64,000 nt of DNA from Hyphomicrobium sp. Lineage in GTDB: Bacteria; Pseudomonadota; Alphaproteobacteria; Rhizobiales; Hyphomicrobiaceae. The translations under genes and the position numbers were made by a program. Where the stretch lies: contig PERL01000017.1 of the NCBI GenBank assembly GCA_002928735.1, forward strand, positions 1,882 to 65,881, written 5' to 3'. Below the pieces are notes generated by a model that was not told the DNA's origin, did not search any database, and saw nothing but the letters and a program-made list of their open reading frames with translations. Below, one piece after another: positions 54,105 through 62,201 of this stretch (positions are counted from its first letter, which is position 1; each line of letters starts with the position of its first letter).

Positions 54105-55852
54105 CGGCACCGCTGCTCAATCACAACCGTACCTACGGCCGCATCGAATACGACGGCAGCGCGTGGCGCATTATCGAGATCGAGCCGCACGTCGCGATCC
54201 GCTTGAAGCAGGTCTTCCCGCGCATCTCGAAGACCGCGCGGACGCCGTTCGTGCTGACCGGCGGGCCGCAGCTCGATGCGGATCTCGCGTGGTTCTTGTC
54301 GCGCTACCCGATGCGGATCAGCGAACCCGACGCCGGGCGGATGGCGGAGCGCAAGACGCTGTTCGAGGTTGGCCAGATGGAACTGGGCGCGATCCTCTCG
54401 CAGGCCTGGTCGCCGCCGGCGGTGACGGGGTTCCGCGGCAACCAGAAACCCTACGGCTATCAGGTCCAGGCCGCTGAAATGGCGCGGCGCACGGGACGGC
54501 TGTTGCTGATGGACGAGATGGGGCTCGGCAAGACCGTGTCGGATATCGCCACGGTGGTCGCGCCCGACTTCCTGCCCGCGTTGATCGTGCCGCAGACGCA
54601 TCTGCCCGGCCAGTGGGCGGAGAAGATCGCCGAGTTCACCGAGCTGCGCACGCACATCGTCAAGAAGACCAAGCCCTACGAGCTGCCGCCGGCCGATGTG
54701 GTGATCTGCCCGTACTCGAAGCTGTCGGGGTGGATCGATTACGCGGAGACCAGCGGCTTCAAGTCGGTCGTGTTCGACGAGATCCAGGAGTTGCGCTCGG
54801 GCGCGGCGACAGCGAAGGGTCAGGCCGCACTCGCGTTCGCCCGTCAGGCGCGCATGGTCCTCGGCCTCTCCGGCACCCCGATCTACAACTACGGCGAGGA
54901 AATCTGGCGCATCTGCGACTTCCTCGAAGAGGGCTGCCTCGGCGATTGGTGGGACTTCGTGCGCGAATGGTGCACGTCGGGCCCGGGCGGCAAATGGGTG
55001 GTGAAGGACCCCGCCGCGCTGGGCACGTTCCTGCGCGAGAACCATCTGGCGCTGCGCCGGACCCGCTCCGACGTCGGGCATGAGCGCAAGTTCCCGAACA
55101 CGATCATCCACACGATTGATGCCGACGCCGACAAGCTCGACGACGAGGCCGCGATGATGGCGGCGCTGGCGCGCCAGGTGATCGGCGGGTCGTTCACTGA
55201 GCGCGGACAGGCGGCGCGCGAATTCGATATGCGGCTGCGGCACGCGACCGGCATGGCCAAGGCGCGGCACGTCGCGGCGTTCGTGAAGATCTTGCTCGCC
55301 GCCGGTCAGCCGGTGTTGCTCTGCGGCTGGCATCGCGATGTCTACGACGTGTGGCTGCGGGAATTGGCGGCGTTCAACCCGGTGCTCTACACGGGCTCGG
55401 AAAGTCCGGCGAAGAAGGCGCGCACGGTCAAGGCGTTCACCGACGGCGCATCGAACCTGATGATCATGAGCCTGCGTTCCGGCGCTGGTCTCGATGGGCT
55501 GCAGCAGCGGTGCCGCACGATCGTGTTCGGCGAATTGGATTGGTCACCGAAGGTGCACGAGCAGTGCGTCGCGCGTCTCGATCGGCCAGGGCAAGAGCAC
55601 CAAGTCGACGCGATCTACCTCGTCAGCGAGAACGGCAGCGACCCGGCGATCATGGGCGTGCTCGGTCTCAAATCCTCGCAGTCGCAGGGCATCGTCGATC
55701 CGTTGTCGGCGCCGGCCGAGCAAAACCAGGACGCGACGCGCATTCGCCAGCTCGCGGAACTCTACCTGCAGGGCAAATCGCATTTGGCGGCCCGGCCGCC
55801 GAAGCCGCCGCCGGCGCGTGAGCCGGAGCACGAACAAGCCAGCATGTTTTGA
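54095..55852 (+). CDS. SNF2-family DEAD/H helicase
   Basis: ..LLLMDEMGLGKTV.. (I), ..VVFDEIQELR.. (II), ..LGLSGTPIYN.. (III) and ..LDWSPKVHEQCVARLDRPGQ.. (VI). Confidence 0.9.
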   Translation: MAMTAPLLNHNRTYGRIEYDGSAWRIIEIEPHVAIRLKQVFPRISKTARTPFVLTGGPQLDADLAWFLSRYPMRISEPDAGRMAERKTLFEVGQMELGAILSQAWSPPAVTGFRGNQKPYGYQVQAAEMARRTGRLLLMDEMGLGKTVSDIATVVAPDFLPALIVPQTHLPGQWAEKIAEFTELRTHIVKKTKPYELPPADVVICPYSKLSGWIDYAETSGFKSVVFDEIQELRSGAATAKGQAALAFARQARMVLGLSGTPIYNYGEEIWRICDFLEEGCLGDWWDFVREWCTSGPGGKWVVKDPAALGTFLRENHLALRRTRSDVGHERKFPNTIIHTIDADADKLDDEAAMMAALARQVIGGSFTERGQAAREFDMRLRHATGMAKARHVAAFVKILLAAGQPVLLCGWHRDVYDVWLRELAAFNPVLYTGSESPAKKARTVKAFTDGASNLMIMSLRSGAGLDGLQQRCRTIVFGELDWSPKVHEQCVARLDRPGQEHQVDAIYLVSENGSDPAIMGVLGLKSSQSQGIVDPLSAPAEQNQDATRIRQLAELYLQGKSHLAARPPKPPPAREPEHEQASMF

Positions 55853-55870
55853 AATCAAGAGGGGCACAAA

Positions 55871-56176
55871 ATGACGACGAACACCACGGCCACGCCAGCA
55901 ACCGACACCGGCACCGACCCGGCGCTCGAAGCGGCGTTTCTGGCGCACTCGCAGGTGATGGCGGAGGCGGCGGAGAAGATCTTCGACGGCTTTGCGGATG
56001 CGACGCGGTTGCCGCGCAACGCCGCCCGGATCGGCATGGCGGCGGCGCTGATCACCGACTGTGCGACGATCGAGGAGTTGGATGAACTCATCGCCGCGAT
56101 CGACAGCATGGTGATCGAGGCCTCCGTTCCGGAAACCGCTGACACTCACTCTGACGCTGGCGAGGCCGCGCAATGA
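55871..56176 (+). CDS. Phage hypothetical protein
   Basis: 101-aa acidic ORF coupled to the next gene. Confidence 0.55.
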   Translation: MTTNTTATPATDTGTDPALEAAFLAHSQVMAEAAEKIFDGFADATRLPRNAARIGMAAALITDCATIEELDELIAAIDSMVIEASVPETADTHSDAGEAAQ

Positions 56177-56544
56177 ACAAGGACAACGTGATCCCGATCG
56201 GCGGCAATGCCAACGCCGACTTGAAGGGCCGCGCGCAGGAGCTCGCCGGCGTGCTCGATGACATCGCCGACCTGCAGGAGCGGGCGAAGGAGATCAAGGG
56301 CGAGGCCAAGCTCGAAGGCTACGACATGAAGGCCTTCAACCAGGTGGTGAAGGAGATGCGCAAGGGCGCGTCGTACCAGGCGTCGCAGCTCGAGTTGGAA
56401 CTTGTGCTCGACACCTACCGCCGGGGCGCGGGTCTGCCGGTGACGCTCGAAGACGCGCAGGAACGTGTGCGCGCCGAGGGCGGCGAGATGCCGGAGGAGA
56501 AGAAGCCGAAGCGCGGCGGCAAGCCCGGGAGGTTTGACGCATGA
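56173..56544 (+). CDS. DUF2312 / GapR-like DNA-binding protein
   Basis: ..LAGVLDDIADLQERAKEIKGEAKLEGYDMKAFNQVVKEMRKG.....LELELVLDTYRRGAGL.. follows the GapR/UPF0335 pattern as I recall it. Confidence 0.7.
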   Translation: MNKDNVIPIGGNANADLKGRAQELAGVLDDIADLQERAKEIKGEAKLEGYDMKAFNQVVKEMRKGASYQASQLELELVLDTYRRGAGLPVTLEDAQERVRAEGGEMPEEKKPKRGGKPGRFDA

Positions 56545-56804
56545 AACACATCAAATGGAAAATCTTGGCCGGTGTCGTGGTGACGGTGCTGCTGTGGTGG
56601 GTGTTCATGTCGTTCGTCACCCATCTCGGCCTCAGCGGGTACGGGCTGGCGCTGGCGGCATGTCTGAGCCTCAGCTTCATCCTGCGCATCGCGGTCGCGG
56701 TGGGCGAGGAGATCGGACGCACGGAAGCCGCCGGCGACATTCGTGCGTGGTCCGAAGAGCGGCGCGCGGCGGGGCTGGGAACGATCGCGCGGGGGCAACC
56801 ATGA
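56541..56804 (+). CDS. Small two-TM membrane protein
   Basis: 87-aa ORF (..ILAGVVVTVLLWWVFMSFV..GLALAACLSLSFILRIAVAV..). Confidence 0.55.
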   Translation: MKHIKWKILAGVVVTVLLWWVFMSFVTHLGLSGYGLALAACLSLSFILRIAVAVGEEIGRTEAAGDIRAWSEERRAAGLGTIARGQP

Positions 56805-57025
56805 AACACGCGCACGTCGACGAGACACTGACGCGGGCGGAGCGGGAGGCGCCGTTCCGGCTGTCGCCGCCCGATCCCGCGCTCGATGACGGGCCGACGC
56901 GGCTGGCGTGCGTGGTGACTGAGACGGAGGATGGCGTCGCGGTGGAGGAAATGCCGCTGGCGGCGCTCATCGCAAAGGCCAGCAACGAGCGGCGGAATGG
57001 GTTCTCGGGACACGCCCGAGAATGA
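56801..57025 (+). CDS. Phage hypothetical protein
   Basis: 74 aa from ATG 56801 (ATGA overlap). Confidence 0.45.
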   Translation: MKHAHVDETLTRAEREAPFRLSPPDPALDDGPTRLACVVTETEDGVAVEEMPLAALIAKASNERRNGFSGHARE

Positions 57026-57059
57026 CAGGTGTGGGGCGGCAAGCGCCGGGGGGCAAAGC

Positions 57060-58010
57060 GTGACAGAGCCGACATGGTATCCGCTGACGATCGACTGCCC
57101 CGGCGTGGGTGTGCCGGTCATTGTGGGATGGAACGGGCGCGAGTTCCGGGCGGCGCGCTGGGCGGATAAGTCCGGCCGGCGGGGGTGGGTGGCGTTCGTC
57201 GACAAGAAGCCCGTGGCCATGCCGCCGGCGGGCGAGGCGTCGCGCTGGGGGCCGGAACCGGAGGCGTGGCGTCCGGAAAAACCGGATCTGTGGAAGGCGG
57301 CGCTGCCCGAACCGCTGACCGGGCCGCACATGGCATCGCGGATGTGGTCGTCGCGGACGACATTCGCCGCCGTCGAGGAAGCAGAGGCCGCGGACCTGGC
57401 GCGGGAAATGGAAGCGGATCGAGCCGACGCGCAGCGCGGCAGCTTCGCCGCCGAGAATGGACGCGAGCAAGCGCGGGCGAACATGCGCGACCCGCAATGG
57501 TGGCTGGATGCGTCGCTGATCAGCTACTCAGATCCCGGCGCGATCACCGAGCGCGAGGCGGAAGGCCGGCTCATGCGCGCCTTCATCGCCGAGCGGTGCG
57601 AGACATTCGCCGGGCCCGGGGATCGCACGTTCTCCGATCTGCTCTCATCGATGACGAAATCCGGCACCGAAGGCCGCGCGGATGCGACGGAGAGCCTGAT
57701 CATCCGCGCCAGCGCCACCGGCAAGGACAAGGACGACATGATGATCGCTTTTGCGTGGTGGCGCGCGCTCGATCCGCCGTTCAAGGCCGTCTTGAAGATG
57801 CGCGCCGCCGAGCCGCCGCTCACCTGGCGCGCGATCGGCGATGCGCTGGGCCTGACGCACGAGGGCGCCCGCAAACGCCACGCGGCGGCGCTGACCGAAC
57901 TCGCCCGCGTCGCCAACGGCGGCAAGACGGCGGGGGGGATCGCGGCGGAGGAACAACTGCAGGCTGTTCGCGACGCGAACCGCCGGCATCGCATCGAAAG
58001 CAGGGGGTAA
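57060..58010 (+). CDS. Hypothetical regulator with a sigma-70 region-4-like C-terminal HTH
   Basis: ..EPPLTWRAIGDALGLTHEGARKRHAAALTELARV.. lies near the C-terminus. The start is tentatively GTG 57060; the track ORF begins at 56931. Confidence 0.5.
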   Translation: MTEPTWYPLTIDCPGVGVPVIVGWNGREFRAARWADKSGRRGWVAFVDKKPVAMPPAGEASRWGPEPEAWRPEKPDLWKAALPEPLTGPHMASRMWSSRTTFAAVEEAEAADLAREMEADRADAQRGSFAAENGREQARANMRDPQWWLDASLISYSDPGAITEREAEGRLMRAFIAERCETFAGPGDRTFSDLLSSMTKSGTEGRADATESLIIRASATGKDKDDMMIAFAWWRALDPPFKAVLKMRAAEPPLTWRAIGDALGLTHEGARKRHAAALTELARVANGGKTAGGIAAEEQLQAVRDANRRHRIESRG

Positions 58011-58137
58011 GGGATGAGCGATTCCGTTCACGCGCCGTTGCTCGCACCGCAATGCGGTGCTGCGCGCGCTCCACTCGGGGCGGACAGTCCTCGGCCCGCG
58101 CGCGGGCCTGCGGGCCGTCCGTTCGCCCTTGGCTCTT

Positions 58138-58181
58138 CGGCCATAGGCCGTGGAGCAAGGCGAACCGCGCGAGAGCGCGCC
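58138..58181 (+). promoter_or_regulatory. Conserved two-hairpin element, copy B (nut/put-like candidate), rightward operon
   Basis: CGGCC-ata-GGCCG tggagcaaggcgaac CGCGC-gaga-GCGCG cc. It lies 128 nt after the stop of 57060-58010 and 51 nt before GTG 58232. Confidence 0.4.
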
Positions 58182-58231
58182 CCGGCCGGAGCGCGACCAG
58201 CGTGTGAGGCCATAAAAAACCGGGGGAGCCC

Positions 58232-58873
58232 GTGATGGGTGCTGTAACGGCGATGGTCGAAATCGAACTCCCGCCCAAAGACTGGCGTTTGAAGCCGGAG
58301 ACGTGGCCGGCGGACAAGCACGACGCCCTGAAGCGGATCGGCATGGAGGCCGCCGTTCTCGTCGGGTATGAGGGCCCGACCTCCTACACGAAATACAACC
58401 CGGAAGGCGAGATTGTGACCCGCATGGGCCACAACCGCGCCATCTGGCCGTTCTCGTTGGCGCGCACCGCGTCATGGAAAGACACCGTCTCGCAGAACCT
58501 GGCGAAGGGCGCGTTCCCGGATCTCGAAGCGCGCGCGATGTACCGGTTGTGGTGCGTCTCGGAGATGCACCGCGATCTCTACGCCGATGCTATCGCCGCC
58601 TACATGAAAGCCGAGGCCGACACGCACGGCGGGCCCTACGATCTCAAGAAGGGCTGGTTCGACCTTGGGCCGAACCTGCACCTCGACACCTTCGTCGGCG
58701 AGCTGCACGAGATCGCGCGCCGCCAGGGCATCGTCGTGTTCGACGACGCGGAGTGCTCGCGCTTCGTCGACAAGGTCATGCGGCTCGCGCGCGAGATCTA
58801 CAACGGACCGAAGGCGCCGCGGCGCTGGGAAGACGTGATCGACATCGCGGTGGAACGGGCGATGAGGAAGTAG
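58232..58873 (+). CDS. Phage hypothetical protein
   Basis: 213-aa ORF with GGGGGAG upstream and good protein-like composition. Confidence 0.6.
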   Translation: MMGAVTAMVEIELPPKDWRLKPETWPADKHDALKRIGMEAAVLVGYEGPTSYTKYNPEGEIVTRMGHNRAIWPFSLARTASWKDTVSQNLAKGAFPDLEARAMYRLWCVSEMHRDLYADAIAAYMKAEADTHGGPYDLKKGWFDLGPNLHLDTFVGELHEIARRQGIVVFDDAECSRFVDKVMRLAREIYNGPKAPRRWEDVIDIAVERAMRK

Positions 58874-58877
58874 GGGG

Positions 58878-59390
58878 ATGGGGATGCTGCACGACTTACC
58901 AGACACCGCGCTTTCCGTCCGCCAGCCGTGGGCATGGGCGATCATTCACGCCGACAAGGATATCGAGAACCGGTCCTGGCAGGCGGTCAACCACGGACTG
59001 CGGCAACGCGGGCGGATCGCGATCCACGCGGCGAAGGGCATGACCAAGGCCGAATACTGGGAGGCGCGCGAATTCATCGACGGGCTCGGCTACACCTGCC
59101 CCGGCCCCACCGCGCTTTTTCGCGGCGGCATCATCGGCAGCGTCGAGGTCGTTGACGTGGTGAGCGACAGCGACAGCCCTTGGTTTTTCGGGCCGCGCGG
59201 CCTAGTGCTGCGCGATCCGCGGCCGTGCCGGTTCATCCCTGCGGTCGGCGCGCTGGGCTACTTCAAATGGCAGCCCGCCGACTACGGAATCGTGCCGCAG
59301 CCGGCGGCGTGGATGTTGCCGAAGCCGCCGAAGCTGACCAAGACGATCATGGCAACGCAGCCGTTGCCGCTTTTCGAGGGGGAGGGGTGA
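58878..59390 (+). CDS. ASCH domain protein
   Basis: ..ALSVRQPWAWAIIHADKDIENRSW......GRIAIHAAK.. is the typical ASCH N-terminus. Confidence 0.8.
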   Translation: MGMLHDLPDTALSVRQPWAWAIIHADKDIENRSWQAVNHGLRQRGRIAIHAAKGMTKAEYWEAREFIDGLGYTCPGPTALFRGGIIGSVEVVDVVSDSDSPWFFGPRGLVLRDPRPCRFIPAVGALGYFKWQPADYGIVPQPAAWMLPKPPKLTKTIMATQPLPLFEGEG

Positions 59391-59396
59391 AGGGGG

Positions 59397-59684
59397 ATGA
59401 CATCGCAACTGGAACGGCTGATCGAGAAAGAGGAGGCGCGGCGGGCCGCCCTCGCGAACACGAACGAACCCGTCATCCTGACCGCCGACGAGGTGCGGGC
59501 GGCGTTGCGGGCAGACATGAAGCGGCTCGGCATCAACACGTCGACCTGGGCGGAGCGGCATGCGTTCTCCGTCACGTTCGTCTCCGCCGTGCTGACCGGC
59601 AAGAAAGAGCCGTCCGAAAAGCTCTGTGCCGCGCTGGGTATCGAGCGCCGCGTGACGGTGACCTACGTGCGCAAGGGGAAGTGA
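59397..59684 (+). CDS. Small HTH-like phage protein
   Basis: 95 aa; ..LGINTSTWAERHAFSVTFVSAVLTGKKEPSEKLCAALGI.. resembles Cro/YdaS-type HTH. Confidence 0.5.
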   Translation: MTSQLERLIEKEEARRAALANTNEPVILTADEVRAALRADMKRLGINTSTWAERHAFSVTFVSAVLTGKKEPSEKLCAALGIERRVTVTYVRKGK

Positions 59685-59927
59685 AATCTGTGGAGAAACT
59701 ACGCGATCACGGCTGAGGCGAAATGAGGAAGCATGAGGTGCACAGCGGGACGGGGATAAACGGGGATGCACGTAGATACACAATGGTACAGGCCAGTACA
59801 GAGTAGCACATTGCGCTATTGCCCAGAAAACACACGCAATTTGAGCAAGCGCCACACTTGCAACGCGGAGCAAACGGGTAAATAAATTGTTTTTAGGGAT
59901 GCGCAACTCAACGACGAGGGGGACGGA

Positions 59928-60773
59928 ATGAATATGCACATGAAGCCGACAAGTATTGAGAAGGCCGAATTCGTGACGATCACTCCAGATGCTGCGAGAG
60001 AACTTCTCGAGTACAATAGCAACAATAGAGCCATTTCTCGCATCACGCTCGATCGGTACATCCGCGACCTGAATAATGGCGAATGGTCTGTTACCGGGGA
60101 GGCGATCAAATTTTCTAAGTCAGGTCGGCTTCTCGATGGCCAGCATCGGCTGATGGCTTGCGTGAAAACCGGAAAAAGTTTTCGTACCCTTGTCGTTACG
60201 GGCCTCGACGACACAGCCATGGACAACATGGACAGCGGCAAAAAAAGAGACGCGGGAGATACTCTTAAGGTCAACGGCTATCAAAATTCTCATTTATTGG
60301 CCGCTGTCATTGGTCAGATTCTTGATTTACGTGACAGATCCTTCAGAAACAGAGCTAGGTCTAAGTCTGAAATTACCAATTTTGTCGCAACTTATGATCA
60401 GGTTCAAAAATCAACAAAAAAGGTGTGCCATTTCAATGGCCCTATCCCACGGCCACTTGCTGGCGCTATTCACTTCATTGCGACAGAGTTTTTGGATGAG
60501 GGGCCAGCCGTCGACCGATTTATCGAAACCTTACACACGGGCTATCCCTTGCTCGGCAGAGGCGATCCTGCTTTGTTGTTAAGAGAGCGTGTAAACAGTG
60601 ACCAAAAAAAGAATGGCGGAAAAAATCCTCTTCGTCGTGATGACGTTCGCATTGCTACTATCCACTCATGGAATTTATATAGACGCAGTAAGACGTTGAA
60701 AAAATTCATCATACCAGATGAAGCTGAAATCGATGGGCTTACACCGGACCATTGGCGAAATGAGGCGCGCTAA
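59928..60773 (+). CDS. Low-GC ParB/Srx-fold protein with a DGQHR motif (moron)
   Basis: ..NNRAISRITLDRYIRDLNNGEWSVTGEAIKFSKSGRLLDGQHRLMACV... My hand count of the first 100 nt gives 44% G+C. Confidence 0.7.
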   Translation: MNMHMKPTSIEKAEFVTITPDAARELLEYNSNNRAISRITLDRYIRDLNNGEWSVTGEAIKFSKSGRLLDGQHRLMACVKTGKSFRTLVVTGLDDTAMDNMDSGKKRDAGDTLKVNGYQNSHLLAAVIGQILDLRDRSFRNRARSKSEITNFVATYDQVQKSTKKVCHFNGPIPRPLAGAIHFIATEFLDEGPAVDRFIETLHTGYPLLGRGDPALLLRERVNSDQKKNGGKNPLRRDDVRIATIHSWNLYRRSKTLKKFIIPDEAEIDGLTPDHWRNEAR

Positions 60774-60788
60774 ATCAGAGGATGCTCG

Positions 60789-61043
60789 ATGCAGCGGAGT
60801 GATGACCAGCCTCCTAGCCCATTTTTCGGGACCGATCTGCCTCCCAACCATCCGGCTTTGAATGAGCCGAAGTGTCAGCTGGTGGCAAGCCAAATCATTT
60901 CGAGAATGGAGTGGTCTCATCACGAACTTGTGGCGGCAATGACCGTGCATGGCGGTCGGCTGCACCACGACGTCGAGGCGTCCATGGCTCGTGCTCTAGA
61001 GCACGTCAAAAGTTTGTTTCATCGTGGCGGCGCTGAAGGTTGA
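60789..61043 (+). CDS. Hypothetical small protein
   Basis: 84-aa ORF just downstream of the DGQHR gene. Its 3' end overlaps the higA 3' end by 38 nt. Confidence 0.35.
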   Translation: MQRSDDQPPSPFFGTDLPPNHPALNEPKCQLVASQIISRMEWSHHELVAAMTVHGGRLHHDVEASMARALEHVKSLFHRGGAEG

Positions 61044-61242
61044 GCCAGAACTCTGGCGTGGTGCTGAAGCGCTGAGCGAGTGTGGCGGCAATGTCAGGCG
61101 TGACGGGGGCCTGACCGGAGAGCAGTTTTTCGGCCTTTGTGGTGTCGCCGATTATCGACGCGAGATCATCTGGTTCCATCCCGTGCGGGATTAAGAACTC
61201 GTGGAGCAAGATTTCGCCGGGATGGGTCGCGCGCCTTTTCAT
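61006..61242 (-). CDS. higA: HigA-family antitoxin-like XRE HTH protein (no HigB seen)
   Basis: MKRRATHPGEILLHEFLIPHGMEPDDLASIIG........LSGQAPVTPDIAATLAQRFSTTPEFWLNLQRRHD.. matches the HigA pattern. The start is at ATG 61242. Confidence 0.8.
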   Translation of the reverse strand: MKRRATHPGEILLHEFLIPHGMEPDDLASIIGDTTKAEKLLSGQAPVTPDIAATLAQRFSTTPEFWLNLQRRHDETNF

Positions 61243-61327
61243 GCGGCCATTATGGCGCCGAAAAGCTGAAACGTCGACACGTCGCGGCGGACATGTCGAC
61301 GGCGCCGACATGAGGGAGGGTGAGGGG

Positions 61328-61795
61328 ATGGATACGACGAAAGCAGAGTTGGTCACGCGCACGCACATGCAACGGGTCTCGGTATTGCTGGGCGAGGCGG
61401 CCTGTGAAATGATCCGGCGCGCTGGGCGTCACGATTTATCTAAGCTGGAGCGTGTCGAGCTAGAGCCGTTGCAGCGGATGCAGGACGTTATCAGCGCCGA
61501 AGGACCGGCACCGTACGGTTCGGAGGAGTACAAGCGGCGGACCGGTATGCTCGGCCCGATGCTCGCGCATCACTACGCGAACAACAGCCACCATCCCGAG
61601 CACTATGCGAACGGCGTGGACGGGATGGACCTGTTCGACTTGATCGAGATGTTCTTCGACTGGAAGGCGGCCAGCGAGCGCGGTGGGGACAGCCACATGC
61701 ACATCCGCGCGGCCTGCGAGCGGTTCAACGTGTCGCCGCAGGTGGAGGCAATCTTTCGCAACACGGCCGAGCGGCTCGGCTACAAGGTGGAATAA
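61328..61795 (+). CDS. Phage hypothetical protein with a His-rich HD-like motif
   Basis: 155 aa from ATG 61328 (GAGGG upstream). It carries ..RHDLSKL.. and ..AHHYANNSHHPEHY... Family assignment is uncertain. Confidence 0.55.
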   Translation: MDTTKAELVTRTHMQRVSVLLGEAACEMIRRAGRHDLSKLERVELEPLQRMQDVISAEGPAPYGSEEYKRRTGMLGPMLAHHYANNSHHPEHYANGVDGMDLFDLIEMFFDWKAASERGGDSHMHIRAACERFNVSPQVEAIFRNTAERLGYKVE

Positions 61796-61816
61796 AAAAC
61801 CCCGGCAGCGCTGGGC
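61795..61816 (+). repeat. 22-nt direct repeat, left copy (aaaaaccccggcagcgctgggc)
   Basis: Identical to 62201-62222. It starts at the stop codon of 61328-61795. Confidence 0.8.
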
Positions 61817-61829
61817 TAGGGAGGGTCTG

Positions 61830-62201
61830 ATGACGACTTATGCGGCGGTGCGTGTCTCGAACCCGTTCATCAATACGGTCCGGCGTGGTTACATCCACGA
61901 TGCGAATGGCCGTCGTCTTGGGAGAATACCGAAAATCCCAATGCTGGATTTCGTCGTCGTGATCGTTGAAGATCCGGCTGATGACGTGTTGGAGAGGGTT
62001 ACTGCTTTTGCTAGGCGCAATCCTTTCGCTTTTCCCAACGGCTTCGAATCCGAGGACATCATCATGCGCTGGAAATCGAAGGGCCGCTTCCTGAAGTGGG
62101 TTCGGTCGCGTCCGGCGCGATCCTTGAGCGGATGGCTAGGCCCCGTGCGGCTCGCCCAACCCGGCTTCGTTGAAACCCGCAAGATCGACACGGCGGCATG
62201 A
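61830..62201 (+). CDS. Hypothetical protein flanked by 22-nt direct repeats
   Basis: 123 aa from ATG 61830 with GGGAGGG upstream. Confidence 0.5.
   Translation: MTTYAAVRVSNPFINTVRRGYIHDANGRRLGRIPKIPMLDFVVVIVEDPADDVLERVTAFARRNPFAFPNGFESEDIIMRWKSKGRFLKWVRSRPARSLSGWLGPVRLAQPGFVETRKIDTAA

Noticed and set aside
53984-55333. 449-aa reverse-strand ORF
   Set aside because: It is antisense to the SNF2 helicase gene, which has clear motifs I-VI. Its composition is Arg/Ala-rich, so it is a shadow ORF.
56336-57484. 382-aa reverse-strand ORF
   Set aside because: It is antisense to a chain of coupled forward phage genes. Its composition is Ser/Arg/Pro/Ala low-complexity, so it is a shadow ORF.
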